Below, piece by piece: positions 51,201 through 63,859 of a stretch of 64,000 bases of DNA. A program made the translations under genes and the position numbers. Under the pieces are notes generated by a model. The model did no database searches, had not been told where the DNA came from, and was given only the letters and a program-made list of their open reading frames with translations. This DNA comes from Penicillus capitatus (lineage: Eukaryota; Plantae; Chlorophyta): contig OZ287707.1 of NCBI GenBank assembly GCA_965649825.1, forward strand, positions 488,292 to 552,291, in the 5' to 3' direction. Numbering within the stretch: the first letter of the stretch is position 1; each line of letters opens with the position of its first letter.

Positions 51201-54200
51201 AGAGGTCAAGAAGACAGAGAATCCAATTCAGGTCGAAAGTCGTCCATTGCACGCGTTGACGTTATCCCTTGTGCACAGGTTCTGCTTCTCTGGGCACGTC
51301 GTTTGAAGTGGAGACTTCTCTGTGTCATTGCTGGTTGTCACTCTTATCTTTCGTACCTGGACTGTCTTGTTGCATGGCTGGATATTGGCATCTCCTGCAG
51401 AAGAGATGGCTTCCAGGCTTCTCCTTCACCATCGCCTCAAGCGGGCGCCTGGGCAACCACGCCATCGAAGGAAGAGATTTCTGAACAGTTGATGCACCTG
51501 GTCTATCATCTATGCTCCCAACAGCTGTTTGATGAACTTCTGAACGGTTTATCCCTCTTTCCCGTGGTGCCATTACTGCCGATGAAGCATTTTATGGCGG
51601 CGCTTAAGTACTATTGCAGACACATGTTTCGCGCAACGAGAGAACATCTGACGCAATTTGAAGACACGCTCGACAAAGAGATCAAGCGATCTGAAACGCT
51701 CAGGGAATCCATTTCTACATCCACATCATCCAACGTCGGAATGCTACTGGCCTCTTCTCTGGATCTCGATCTCCTGGAGAAGACAACACAGTCAGCTATC
51801 ATGGCCCTTCTGCGGAGCTTCTCAACATCCTTCGAAAGGGAAAGACTGCTGGATTTGCTCATCCGATTAGAAATTGATGATGATCTGTTATGGATAGGTC
51901 ACCTTCGTATGTTACGGCGAACGTACGAACTCCTTGGAGCAGAGGCAGACACCTGTATTAACTGGCAGTCTCCAGTTCGATGTTTTGATCTCCCATCCGT
52001 GGATACCGATTTCGTCCTGAAGCGTCTCACAGAGGACGGCAACTGGACAGCTGCTCGAAAATGGGCACAGGAGAATGATATACCCTCTGAGGAGCTGACA
52101 AGACGTCAGGCAGAAGCTCTGGTACAGGAATGGGAAGATTTTGGCTTTGAAGAGGACATGTTAGAGATTCTGTGGGATCAGATCAACAACATCTTCGTCG
52201 ATCAATCCTATCCTTACTTCAAAGCAGGACTCTTCTTTCTACAGCAGGCAACACAGGCAGATCCAGACAGAATGAAGCGCCTTCTGTTGGAGGCAATGCA
52301 TTGGGTCGATGGTTCGAAGACGCACCACGGTTCAGAACTGGCACCGCATTTGGTGGAGGAGCTGCGAAAAGCGCTTTACCTTATGGACAGCGAAGGAGAC
52401 CTCATACATCGTCTTCCCAACAAAGCAAGACGCCTGTACTGCCGGCAGTTACTCATGGATCCTTCAGGTGTCCATCGCTGTCACATCACGCAACGAGAAG
52501 TGCCCAGCTGTTCAGATGGTGCTGCGATCTGCGCCTGAGATTGTGATCGCTGCAGACGGCAGTGAGATATCCAAATCGAGCGAAGTCTCGTCACAGTCAT
52601 CACCCAGTCTCGATCAAAGTATTGCAAAGCCTCTGCCACGAATGGACATGCCCACTGTATCAGACGAGGAACGCCAATGTATGCACCGAACAGCGACACT
52701 GACAGATCGCTCAAGTGAAGTAATTGCTGTTTAGGTCTGGAGATTCTCGAAAAGATCGTCCCGCATGCAACGGAGGATCAAGTACAGAGAGCCATTAAAC
52801 TGCTTTTGGATAGCGGTCAGATCGAGGCGGCGAAGAGTATACAGCAGAGTGAGAATCTGGCAGCACAGATCGAGTTTTTTCTGGTGGATACAGCTCTTTC
52901 CATCGTCCATCGTTGCGGAACAAATGGTCAGCCGTTGTCTTTCTTCCCTCTCTCTATCCACGGACACTGTGTGCAGGATGGAACAGTGAATCAGCTGATA
53001 GAATTGTATTAGCTCCAATACTGAAATTCTTGAAGAAAAAAGAACACTTGGATTCCGAAACAGAACCAAAACCGCAGGACGTTTTAGACGCAGTTGTCCG
53101 GGCTTGCAAGGAATGTGGAGGATATCCTGTCTGTGCCCGCGCTGCTGCAGCATTTCGAGCAGCAACACTACTCAACATGTCATGCGTCGAGCTGGCTAAC
53201 TGTGGTCCCAACAAAGTACTGAGACGACCAAATGTTTCATGTGTGAGAAGAGTGAGATGTAGGCATTGGAATTGCTGCTGCTCAAAGGGCAGAATGCATC
53301 CGAGGTGGTCCATGAATTTGTCTCTGCCTTTGAGTTCACCCCACGAGCAACGGCCAAGAAATTGGCCCAGATGTATCTAAAGAGCCTCACAGGGATGAGG
53401 ACAATCAGCAGTATCAACGAAAACGAACCGGTGGAAGACTACTCCAATCCTTTCAAAGACAGGTACTGCCTGTCACATCATCCAGTCAGCGCCTCGACAG
53501 CAACTGTCGTGCTTGCCTTAGTAGTGATCTGGTTCGCAATTCGATGATCTGTTCCGACGGTGTGGAAATTGGCAATGCTTTGATGCAGCTTCTGGTCGAG
53601 CGTCACTGCTCTTTGCCTTCCGAAGTGGAGGCAGATATCCTTGTCCAAACATACCATTGTTACGAGCAAGTGGGCTACGTTGAGGGACTGGATGTCCTGT
53701 TGGAATTGGCAACCTCTCGAATTCATGACTTTGCATTGCACGAGAAGTACGAAGCGCTTGTTAAGGTGTCTGTCGGCATCTGCCGATTCGATGGACTGTC
53801 GTATGCGCTGGACATCATTGTCAAGAACCGAAAGCTGGATCTTCTCTTTCAAGATGCTGACAGTCACAGCCCCGTCACCATTTCGACACTCAGATGTGCC
53901 ATTCTCAGTTCGATCTATAAGCACTCTCCAAGAGACAGCGAAGCATTGTCTATCACGCATCGGCATTTCAACATGCATGTCGAAGTCGGTCAAGGACTCA
54001 AAGATAGAGCAGAGGAGCTTCTGAAGCATTACACATTGGCTGGACGCCTCTCCAGAGATCGAAGACTCATCGATGCCATGGATCTGCTGATCCGGGCAGG
54101 TGCTGAGTTCTCATGTGCCCAGTGCAGTTCCTCTGCGACCGAATGTGGGGCACTCGTGGCATTGGTGGCTCAGCAGATCTGTTACGGAGATCGCAAATGG

Positions 54201-54723
54201 GTCTGTCTCAAAGATGCCGAATGTCGAGATCTGTTGCCACAGCTCTCAGATGTTCATTCCGCTCTGATCGTGGCGCGAGCCTACAAATTCAACACACCAC
54301 AAGACTGGGTTCTCACTCTTTGGCAGCGTATGCTGTATGTTGCCACAGAGCACGATAAACAGAGACACTCGCATTCATCTCTGAAACGCGCCTTACAGAA
54401 TATGTCACTCTATTGTGAGGGCATCATGAGAGAGATTGTTTTCTCAGAGGAGCACTTGGAGCAAGTGAAAAGACGTGTCCGTTACTCTATCCACCAAGAG
54501 CACGGTGTTCTGTCTGTAGATCATGCACATGTACCTTGCTTTTCCTGCAAATGAAGCTTGTTTTCAGCCACAGGTCAGTTATGAGGTATTGACAGAGTGT
54601 GTCCTTCAGTTGCTCCACAGCGTGGCCGATGTTCGCTTGCGCTGGACGCTTTGCAGTATGATGGGAGGCGAAGCGGCTCAGTTGTTGATTCGGGACTGCC
54701 GCACGATTCTTGATATGGAATAA
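48222..54723 (+). CDS. SPG11: Spatacsin (AP-5 accessory protein SPG11)
   Basis: Long helical multi-exon ORFs. WAQWLILSR, WSIVHAFAKLHH, DDWILFLTEA, NWTAARKWA, EVEADILVQTYHCY, and a Spatacsin_C-like C-terminal region. Start codon inferred. Confidence 0.85.
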
Positions 54724-54912
54724 AGCACATCTTCTCCGATGACTGAAGGCACTCCTTTGTCTCGATCTCCTGTGAGAAAGCAAGCATCGGTGCGTCTTTG
54801 GAGAATTGAGGATCGTGTTAAAGGGTGTTGTCTATCAGTGTCGTACTAGATGTATTTCACTGGATATTAATGTAAGAAGCATTTCCTCATGAAATCCGCG
54901 TGAAAGGCACTC

Positions 54913-56765
54913 CTACACTTTTTCGTTCCACTGAATACCATACGAACGTCGCTCGTTAAGGAATCTCAAAAAAATCAGAACAGTGTGAACAAAATCCAAT
55001 GATTCAGCATATCCGAGTGCTTGCTTCTGATAGATATCCCTCAATATGAAAGAGAAAGACACCAGCATATCGATATCTTTTACACTGCGGACTGCAATCG
55101 CACTGTTGAAAGAATTTAGAGCTCTTGCTGAAACAAACAAACAAACAAACATATCGTTGCTCACACAAAGCGAGCCTAAGTCTTGGAGAGATGTCGATGC
55201 AAAGGTATCGTTCCATCTCCTCGACTTCTAAATCGGATCTTCGTTTTCTCAAAGCTAGAAATGTCCATTCTCGGATCCCATATGCTGCGCATCCTTCTTG
55301 ATAGCGGATTGCACGGAAGATTCGCTCTTGACCCATTCTAGAACGTTCAATAGGATGCCTGAAGAATCTGGTGCGAATACGTGGCTGGAAACGGTGGCGG
55401 CGGTTTCCAGATCCTTTACAAGCGGCACATGAGGCCGCACGGCTTGTTTCAATGATTCAGAAATGGAAGGTAGATAGTAATCTCCGATTGGCAGTACTGA
55501 TTGTCCCTCGGAGTACAGGGGCCTCAGACTGGGATAAGCCTGTTGCTTTGAGCTGTTCGATCTCAATCCTTGTGACCATAGAGATCCAGCATCCACATTC
55601 AAACATGACGCTAAGTGCTCAGACGGGTCAAGATGGCTTGGAACAGTGCATTTTCCAGCAATGTTGGGCGTGAACATAACTGCTGGTCCACAAGGACTCT
55701 GAATGTAAGGTGCTAATGTGAAAGGCATCTCCGCCGCCGGTTCTGACGGCGGCGAAGGTGATAGGCCAGAAAAGCCAAAACGTGCCAATGGCATCGGCCT
55801 TGAGAGACTTGAAATCGTGGAAGATGTGGATGGCGCAGCAAGACTCAACACTTCTGGCACACCCTGAAGAGAAAACCCTTCGCCTTTGGGCACAACGGAC
55901 ATAGACCTTTCAAAGATATGACCATTCTTTCGGATCACTCGACCTTCCATCGGAATCTGTACCAATGGAGAGAGCGTCTGCGCCATCAATGGAGCAGACG
56001 GATATACAGTGGCCTCTACATCACCAGTCCCCTTTCAACAAAAGAATCGACGCGGCGACCAAACATACGGGTTGCAGGTCGAGATGTACGTCTCGGAACA
56101 ATAACTCTCGGCATCAGGATCGTCGTCTCCTTCTCATCTGGCACAGAAGGCGGCATGGCTACACACACAGAACTGTTTTTGCGCCTGACCCCTGAGATGA
56201 TGCAGACTGGCGAGTGGTGTCGCGATTGGGATGACTGCCTGTTCGGGTGGCGGCGGGTTTTCGACATTCTGATCAGACATTCCCCCCAGTGTATGTATGA
56301 TAGGGACAGCATCCGCGTCAAGATTCTCATCCATCTTGGATGAGAAGACGACTCTCGTCAATCCATCCGATGTCTTAACAAACACCATCTTTTCATTATC
56401 TTCGGCCACAGAGGTCACCACCATCTCCGCTTTCATCACGGCATCGACATAGAATGACAACCGGGGACGTGTCATAGGAACGCCCTCTAACAGCCACACG
56501 GGACACTCTCTTTGACTAAGAGGTATATCATAAACACACGTGCAGCGTCGCGACAGTCTTTGCAGAACTGCTTTGCCGCTTCGCCGATTTCGTTGGCGAG
56601 AAATCCCGTCGATGAGACGGCGGTATGTCTAGCGCGTTCCTTCTGCTTCTGTCTTTTTTTGAGATGCAATAGAGGATGTCGTGCAGAGGGATCAGCAGCG
56701 AGGACCAGGGATGATGGTGTTGACGTGTCGGTATTCGGCCGTCCGACGTCTCCTGTCGCCGTCAT
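54913..56765 (-). CDS. Hypothetical multi-exon protein with long S/P-rich linker
   Basis: ORFs 56487-56894, 56134-56499, 55255-55989, 55004-55336 and 54913-55164 are collinear. The last junction, GTGAGC...TTTCAG, gives RLAL|SRALNSFN in phase. No domain recognised; start uncertain. Confidence 0.5.
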
Positions 56766-57842
56766 TGTCTCCTTCTCTCTCTGCAACCAACGACGCTTGC
56801 GCCAGTTATCGCCTGTCGACGCTGCGCAATGGCATCCGGCCCTAAGACCGGCACTCTCAGCAGTTGCCACCTCTCGGCTGTGTCCTGTACACATTTGAGG
56901 TCAGTGTGGTACGTTCGTTCGTATTCGTAACGTACTATCCGAAGGGTCCACGACGGAACGGGCGTCGTCCAGAGCTCTATGCAAAGGATAGCGACTGCGA
57001 TGCATGGAATAGATCGCATGGGATCCTCCTTTATATCGCGGTGTTTGCGACGGGTTGAAGGCGTGTGTTCGTTCGCTGTTCAACATCTAACGGCGACAAC
57101 GTTGTCTACGTCACACACACGCGATGACGTCAGAGCACAAAAACAATAATGGTACTCGCAGTAGGCACCGGAAAAGTGCATCGACGCGGGTCGGTCTATC
57201 CAAGTGATCTGCGACATCACCTGGCGACGCATTGACAGCTATGAGACGCAACGGCGAAAGCGCGACGCCTCCGACGCGTCACATACGCGATGGAACCCGC
57301 AGAAACGCAAATGTGCTGCTGACGCAGGGCGACGGTTTCGACCGCGTACCGTGTCCGAATAGGAGAAAGCATCTGCAGAAAGGTGCGGGACGAAACGGAT
57401 GCGCGCGTGAGACCGTCGCCGTCGACCCGAGGAGCATTTGAGGCAAAACGACGTTCGATCGTTCCCAGCCAACCGACGCACAGTAGAAATCGTGTCGCCT
57501 GAAATGATGTGAAGGACACCAAGAACAGAGGGACGGGTCGGCTGCAAAAAATGAGGCACGGACGAACGCACAAACAAAGGCAAGGCGACAGTGGTGGCGA
57601 AAGTTGGGAAGCATGCGTTGAACAGAAGACACGGAGGAGAATCGTGACGTCAGCTGCGGACGTACTTTGACAGCGTGGTTGCGTTTTCGGTGACTCTGCG
57701 CGTATCGAATCGAGAAAATACTGCGGATTCGGTTTCCGACGGAATACGGTTTTCAAAAGCGCTCGGCCAATGAAAGACGTCACGTCATATGCGCGCAGAA
57801 TGTGATGGGACAGGCGAAGACCACTGACATGACCGAGAGAAA

Positions 57843-59332
57843 TCAGAACAGCTCCAGACCCTCTGACTCCCGTCGGATAGCCGCCAACTGACCGCATGCC
57901 CCTTGGCGCTAAGCCGTTCGCAGGAGAGACGCATAGAGAATGGATGACCTACCCGCAATGTCTTGTCCCTTCGCTTGACGAACGGTCGTGCGGATGTGGT
58001 AGATCTCCGTGACGATGAGCCGAAACTGGGCGACGGTTGATGGGTCTGGTGCTTTGAAAGAGACGCCAGGAGAGAGAACAGGATTGAAGGGTATAAGGTT
58101 GAGGACAATATTCTTGCCTACAGGTCGAGATCGAGGGAGTGGGAGACAACGAAGCTGAAAGGGTAGGAACTGACCGTGAAAGAGCTGCCCGACTTGATGG
58201 GCGTGTTCCGCACGATCGTTGACATCGGCAAGGAGAACATACTCAATGAAGATACGTTGATGGGTCGTTGTTTGGTAGTTCTCCAGCTCCTCCATGATTC
58301 TGTCGAGCTTCAGTGCTCGGGCTGACGGGACGATCTGCTTTCGTAGCTCTTGCGTCGGTGCATGCAAAGAGAACGCCAGACTCACTCCCTGTCAAGCATG
58401 GTGTGGTCTTGGTGCGAGAATGGGCGAAGTTTACTGGCAGATCTTGGGCAAGCTGACGGAATCTGTTGTGGACGCCGACGGTAGAGATCGTGATGCGTCG
58501 TTTGGCAAGACCAAAACATTTGGTATCCATCAACAGCTCCACAGCATCTCTCACATTTTCATAGTTATCCAAAGGTTCGCCCATGCCCTTCAGGCTTCAA
58601 TGAAGGAGGTTGTTTCTCATACCACGCATAAACGCACCATGAAAACGATATTCCGGACCTTTTCGTAACTCCGTGCAATCACGAGCTGTTCGACAATCTC
58701 CCCAGTTGTTAAATTTCCGTCCAGTCCCATCGATCCTAGCATCCTCCTTCAGTATGATTTCATCCCGTGGGTGGGTGGATGGATGGCACCTGTGGCGCAG
58801 AAGGTGCATCCCATTCGGCATCCGACTTGGGAAGAGAGGCAGACCGTGGCTCGAGGATTGCCAGGAATGCTCACATCATCCGACGGATCGTAGGGCACAC
58901 ATCCTGATACCAGACAGATACAGAGAGATGTGCGTGCGGTCGGGATTCGGTGTGGATGGTCCATACCTCTTGTGTCATACCGCATGATGACCGTCTCGAT
59001 ATGCAGACCATCCTGCAGTGCCAAGAGAAGCTTCGTCGTTTCTTCGTCTGCCGAGGTCGACTCCTCCACCAATTGCACGATCGGTGTCATACACTCCTCT
59101 TCCAATATCGCCTGCGCTGCTTTTGGAAAGTTCGGCATCTCTTTCCATGTCGATCCTGGATTCTTGACCAAATAACTGCAAGACATTTCAGAAGAGAGCA
59201 TCAGGACGGTGCGTTCGGGTACCCCCACAGATTCCAGGCGTGCAGTTCCTTGATCCTGTTTTCGCGAAAGCGTCGCAGAAGGTGCGCCTTGTCAAAGACG
59301 GAATGTTTGGTTAAGGTACGCCTCGGCGGCAT
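57843..59332 (-). CDS. RLMN: RlmN/Cfr-family radical SAM RNA methyltransferase
   Basis: TVCLSSQVGCRMGCTFCATG (CxxxCxxC), NIVFM|GMGEPLDNY, ISTVG, SLHAP, IEYVLLADVND, NLIPFNP, GQDIA|GACGQL. Confidence 0.95.
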
Positions 59333-59396
59333 CGTTGCATTTGACGTCAAGCATCAATCATCTCGGACGTGACACCGCTCTTTTGGTTTCAAAGCT

Positions 59397-59732
59397 ATGG
59401 CCATGCATGTCGCTGAAAGCTCCAGTGCTGCGCTTGCGCGAATGGGTCCAAGAGGGACGCAACAGAAGGGCAGTCTGTTTTCGGGAAGCTGGAAACTCGT
59501 CCAAGACACATTCAACCCGACGGTTTCGTTTGGCAAACGAAACGCTGCCGAAACCGCCGGGACGATGACGGAGGAAGGCGGAGAGAAAAAACCAACCGTG
59601 CAGCGCAACGATAGTTGGATACGTTACGATACCAGTGGCAAGTCTGGTCTGCGTCAATCTTCAAGTCGTCGTTTGAACAAATACGACCTCCTGTTGAAAC
59701 CGGTCAAGTCTCAGAAGAGGCACTCAGCCTGA
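59397..59732 (+). CDS. Small hypothetical protein (111 aa)
   Basis: ATG-initiated ORF that fills the gap divergent to RlmN, as in other pairs of this window. No motif recognised. Confidence 0.35.
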   Translation: MAMHVAESSSAALARMGPRGTQQKGSLFSGSWKLVQDTFNPTVSFGKRNAAETAGTMTEEGGEKKPTVQRNDSWIRYDTSGKSGLRQSSSRRLNKYDLLLKPVKSQKRHSA

Positions 59733-60104
59733 CACTTGACATCGTGATTCCTCTGTTTCCGACCGCATTCTCTTATGGGTGATAACGGTCATGTCATTTG
59801 ATAATACATTTTGTTTTGCTGTCCTAATCAATGTTGTCATTTTGCCGAACTCACACATCGTCACTTAACCTATCATGTGCATAGCACCGCTTTCCCTGTT
59901 TCCTTAAGTATATGATCAAATGTCATTGATGATGACGATAATGATTGCATTGCTGCTGTTCGTCTGGCGAATCTGAGGCTTCTGTTGTCAAGGGCATTTC
60001 ATAACAGACAGTAAAGCGAACAGTTGTTTGAGCATAAAAACGACGATGAATTGTGATTTCGTGTTGCTTTGCTGTGCTGCGGTTTTCAAAGAGGGCAGAC
60101 ACAC

Positions 60105-62214
60105 TTAAGAGGTATAATAGATGATGGGTTTGTGTACTTTTGCTGCAATCTTGTCCATCGAGGGCGTCAGTCCATCACACGTATGGGTCATTTCGCGCTG
60201 ATAGTCACCCAAAGAGAAGAAATTTCGTTGACTGCGTTGGGTGTGAACGACAAAGACTCGACGTTCTGTGCTACGACGAATATCGTCGGATCCACTGAGG
60301 GGAGTGCTTCGTCCGATGAGATGGACAATCGCAGGGGGAGCATCTTCGCGGAGGTACGTCTTCTTTCGCTGTTGTCTCCAGATCTGTAATCCTATTCGAT
60401 CTCGGAACCCACCGTCGCAGAACGGACTGGATGCATTGCCCGGAACGGTCACGGGAGCAAACATTAGTGGGATGGCGGCGGATGCGGCGACCGCTTCTGG
60501 CAAAGGACCAGAATCGAGAATCTCATGTTCGCCCTTGGCATTGACCACGCCCACGGCAAACGGCTTCTCCAGGGCTTCGAACGTCGCAGGGAGGACATCT
60601 CTTAGACGATCAACCACACCATCCAGTAGAAAGAATCCCTTCCAGAAACAGAGGTTCGGTCTCACAATCTGAATGGGAGGTGTTTTGCAAAGCTCATGCG
60701 CCACTTCTGCTGGACGGTAACCGGCACAGTAGAGACTTCCACTGAGAGCGCCTGAACTCGTCCCCATGACACCCATCACATCCAGACTCGCCTGCACACA
60801 ACAGAACCCTCATGGCACATATTCACAACACAATGATGATCTCTCGGTCGTTTCTCGCAGAAAAAGCATTGCATATGCGTGGTCAATAGGTCCACCCAAC
60901 ATACTACTGATGTTTTTACACAACCGTCGGCATTGAAGGAAGATCGTCATATCAGGCACGTGGCCATAGGATCCAGGCAGAAGTTGTTTTTTGGTATCTT
61001 CTGTACAGAGCGACTCTTGCTGGTTCCCAGTTCCTTAACATGCGTTCTTCTGTCATTCTCTTTGTTTCGATCAAAATAATCGTATTGAAAAGTGGACCCA
61101 CAAATGTCCAGCCATCCCCGTGAGGCAACGAAAACAGACATAGACTCCACCAGAACAGCTGTTCGCCGAAGTAATTGGGATGTCGACAGAATCTCCACAG
61201 ACCCGTATTCAGAATCGCTGGTTTATTCGGACCAGATGTCATGTATCGGTACAGGTCGTTATCAGCCGAGAAAACGATGGCAATTCCAATAATACACAGC
61301 ACGAAGGCGACAGAATCGATGACAGACGCATCTGACGACGGATGGTAGAGAACGGAATAGACAGGCAGTGTGAGACCGGTCAGCATGATCTGCTGCAACA
61401 CGCCTACCATCCAAAAGGACATCCACCACCAGTGCTTTCCATACTTCCTAGCCAGAAGAGTATACCGCCAATCTTCACGTTCACCAAATTTCCACCCCTC
61501 TCTTCGAAAGTAGGTATGCAGCATACGGCATCCCCAGATCAGCAACAGAGTGATAACACAGGCAAAGCGACGAGAAGCGAGAGGTAGGGGGACGAGGATG
61601 GAGGCGTGTCTCGTGTAGGCGTAAGTAATCATGAGTGGGATCAGCACCCAGAAAGGATCGATGAGCCAGAAGCTGCGCTGACACAGTCCAATGAGCCAAA
61701 ACAACAGAGACACCCCAAAGAACTGAAGCAGTGACACCGAGGCGACAGGATTCTCACAGATCTTTGCCAGAAAGGCATCCGATGCTGTGCAGTGGCCGAG
61801 AAAAACGTCGACGGCGAAAATCCAGACGACGAGGACGAAGATAACGAGTGTCGCATTCAGGAGGTTCTTCGCCGAAAGATGTGCATGGGGACGATGCGCT
61901 CCCCAAGATGCCATGAGTGGCGCAGAAAAAATGTATGTTCGTGCGTTTTTTTGCAGCTTACCTCATCCACCGCTTGCAGAAATCCTGCATGTTTAGCAAA
62001 TGCCATAAACCCACTTGACAGCACCAAATCCACGCCCTCTGGTTCTTGCCCTTCACAGAGGACGCAGAGATGACGTCCTATGAGAGCATAACATTTTACC
62101 AGCCGCCTTCCCCCTGTGATCTGCACGACTGTCCACTGATCGTGTCCTCGAAGCCATCGGCGATGCGGCATGCCCCGAGAGAGGCCGCTGATTCCATGGA
62201 CGGACACGCATCAT
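60105..62214 (-). CDS. Patatin-like phospholipase, 296 aa; exons 62214-62100, 62050-61962, 60791-60105
   Basis: Exon 2 encodes DLVLSSGFMAFAKHAGFLQAVDE. Exon 3 encodes the nucleophile motif GTSSG and DGG. Exon lengths 115+89+687 nt close in phase. Confidence 0.9.
60916..60920 (-). promoter_or_regulatory. Candidate chlorophyte polyadenylation signal TGTAA for the nested DUF1295 mRNA
   Basis: TGTAA lies 31 nt after the DUF1295 stop, inside the host intron and upstream of its acceptor at 60792. Confidence 0.55.
60952..61914 (-). CDS. DUF1295-family membrane protein (steroid 5-alpha-reductase/ICMT-like superfamily), intronless, nested in patatin intron 2
   Basis: WLIDPFW, WGCRM, EDWRY, ADNDL, GLWRFCRHPNYFGEQLFWW, Y..Y...TSAWILW. 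Complete 320-aa ORF. Confidence 0.93.
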   Translation of the reverse strand: MASWGAHRPHAHLSAKNLLNATLVIFVLVVWIFAVDVFLGHCTASDAFLAKICENPVASVSLLQFFGVSLLFWLIGLCQRSFWLIDPFWVLIPLMITYAYTRHASILVPLPLASRRFACVITLLLIWGCRMLHTYFRREGWKFGEREDWRYTLLARKYGKHWWWMSFWMVGVLQQIMLTGLTLPVYSVLYHPSSDASVIDSVAFVLCIIGIAIVFSADNDLYRYMTSGPNKPAILNTGLWRFCRHPNYFGEQLFWWSLCLFSLPHGDGWTFVGPLFNTIILIETKRMTEERMLRNWEPARVALYRRYQKTTSAWILWPRA

Positions 62215-62289
62215 GGGATCGGACAGAAGGAGGACTGTCAGCAGACGATGGCAAGATGTTCGCAAGATTCCGAAATTCTCATGTTCGTC

Positions 62290-63859
62290 ATGTTGCTTGA
62301 TGTCTCGATTCTGCGGCTACTCGGTAAAGATGATTTTCGCGTCCTGCGCGCCGTCGAACTCGGAATGCGCAATGTAAGCGGATTGTACGTTTGGTTGCCC
62401 ATAGTGATGTGGTGAGTGTAGCACGAGATCGTTCCGGTGCCCCTGATCGTGCAGGTGGCCCGTCTGAGACAGACTCTCTCCCTACGCTCCATTCGCGAAC
62501 TGTTGAAGCACAAGCTGCTGCATCACGAGAATGTCCAATACGACGGATATCGCTTAACGACAGCTGGATATGATTTTCTGGCCATTCACACTTTGGTCTG
62601 TCGCGGGAAGATTTATGGTTTTGGTCGTCGGATAGGAACGGGAAAAGAATCGGATATCTACGAAGTGCACAACGAAGCGCATTTCCAGAGAGGTGAAGCG
62701 ACATTGGATATGCAGGTGACAAATGAAGAGGGGGAAGTTATGGTCATGAAACTGCATCGACTGGGGCGCATTTCTTTTCGCGCCGTCAAGAATAAACGGG
62801 ATTACCTGCGCCATCGCAAGAATTTCAATTGGCTTTATCTGTCTCGACTAGCCGCTCTCGGAGAATACGCCTTCATGACGGCGCTCTCCAAAAGAGGCTT
62901 CCCCACTCCAACACCTATCGATCAGAACAGGTACGTGCTCTCATGCCTGAAATCCATCTTCGCCATAAGAAGCACCTTTAGGCATGTCGTGTTAATGTCG
63001 GTGGCAAAGGGCTATCCCTTGTCTCAGATAAGGACGATGGGACATCCAGATATGGTGTTCGAGAAGATCATGCATTGGTTTGCTAAGTTTGTGGAAGTTG
63101 GTCTGGTGCATTGCGATTTCAACGAGTTCAATATCATGATCGATGAGGACGAGGAGATCACGATTATTGATTTCCCTCAAATGGTATCGGTATTCCACGA
63201 CAATGCCGAGGAGCTGTTCAACAGGGACAGACAATGCATCATCACGTCTGCACGATGATACAGTTGGACGCCGAACACGTTTCTGTCTGTTCTTAGTTTT
63301 TTCAAGAGGCGGTTTCATTTCGATCCAGATCGGGATGCACCTGAGGAAGCTGTTTGTCCTGAGTTCCGTTCCTTGATGGAGAGATACGGCGAGTTAGCGT
63401 CGTCGCAAGATGTGGACAGTCCGCTAGATCAGGAACTCCATGCGTCGGGTTTTAAGCGATCGCACAGAGAGGCGCTCGCGAAGCATGCTCAGGGAGACGA
63501 TCTTGATGAAGTTTCTTTTTCGGAAACGGCCTCGATCGATTCCGCATCGACAGACGCTGAGAAATCCGATGGGTACATCGCCTTGATATTTCTCTTGGCA
63601 AACGGATCGCATGTGTGAACAGAGAATACAGAGATAGCGAAAGAACAACGGAAGAGACGCTTCAGCCGATGACTTCTCTTTCAGGCAGCACCAAAAAAGT
63701 GCGTCTCTCTTCTTTTAGAACTGCCCCATGTGTCAGGCTTAGGATGTGGCCCAAAGAGTGACGCTCGAGCAGAGAAGAATGATGGCAAAGAGCATCAAAC
63801 ATCGTCGTTCCAGGAATAACAAGGACAAAAGACACAGCAAGCATTCGATAACGATGTAG
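62290..63859 (+). CDS. RIO2: RIO2 atypical protein kinase (40S biogenesis)
   Basis: DDFRVLRAVELGMRN, YDGYRLTTAGYDFLA, IGTGKESDIY, KLHRLGRISFRAVKNKRDY, VHCDFNEFN, IIDFPQMVS, and a basic C-terminal tail. Confidence 0.95.

Noticed and set aside
57217-57897. 226-aa minus ORF as an RlmN C-terminal extension
   Set aside because: It is out of frame with GACGQL, which reaches a stop at 57843; the composition is not domain-like.
60792-60951. Patatin as an N-truncated pseudogene or a DUF1295-patatin fusion
   Set aside because: The missing patatin exon is intact upstream of DUF1295, and DUF1295 ends normally with its own stop.
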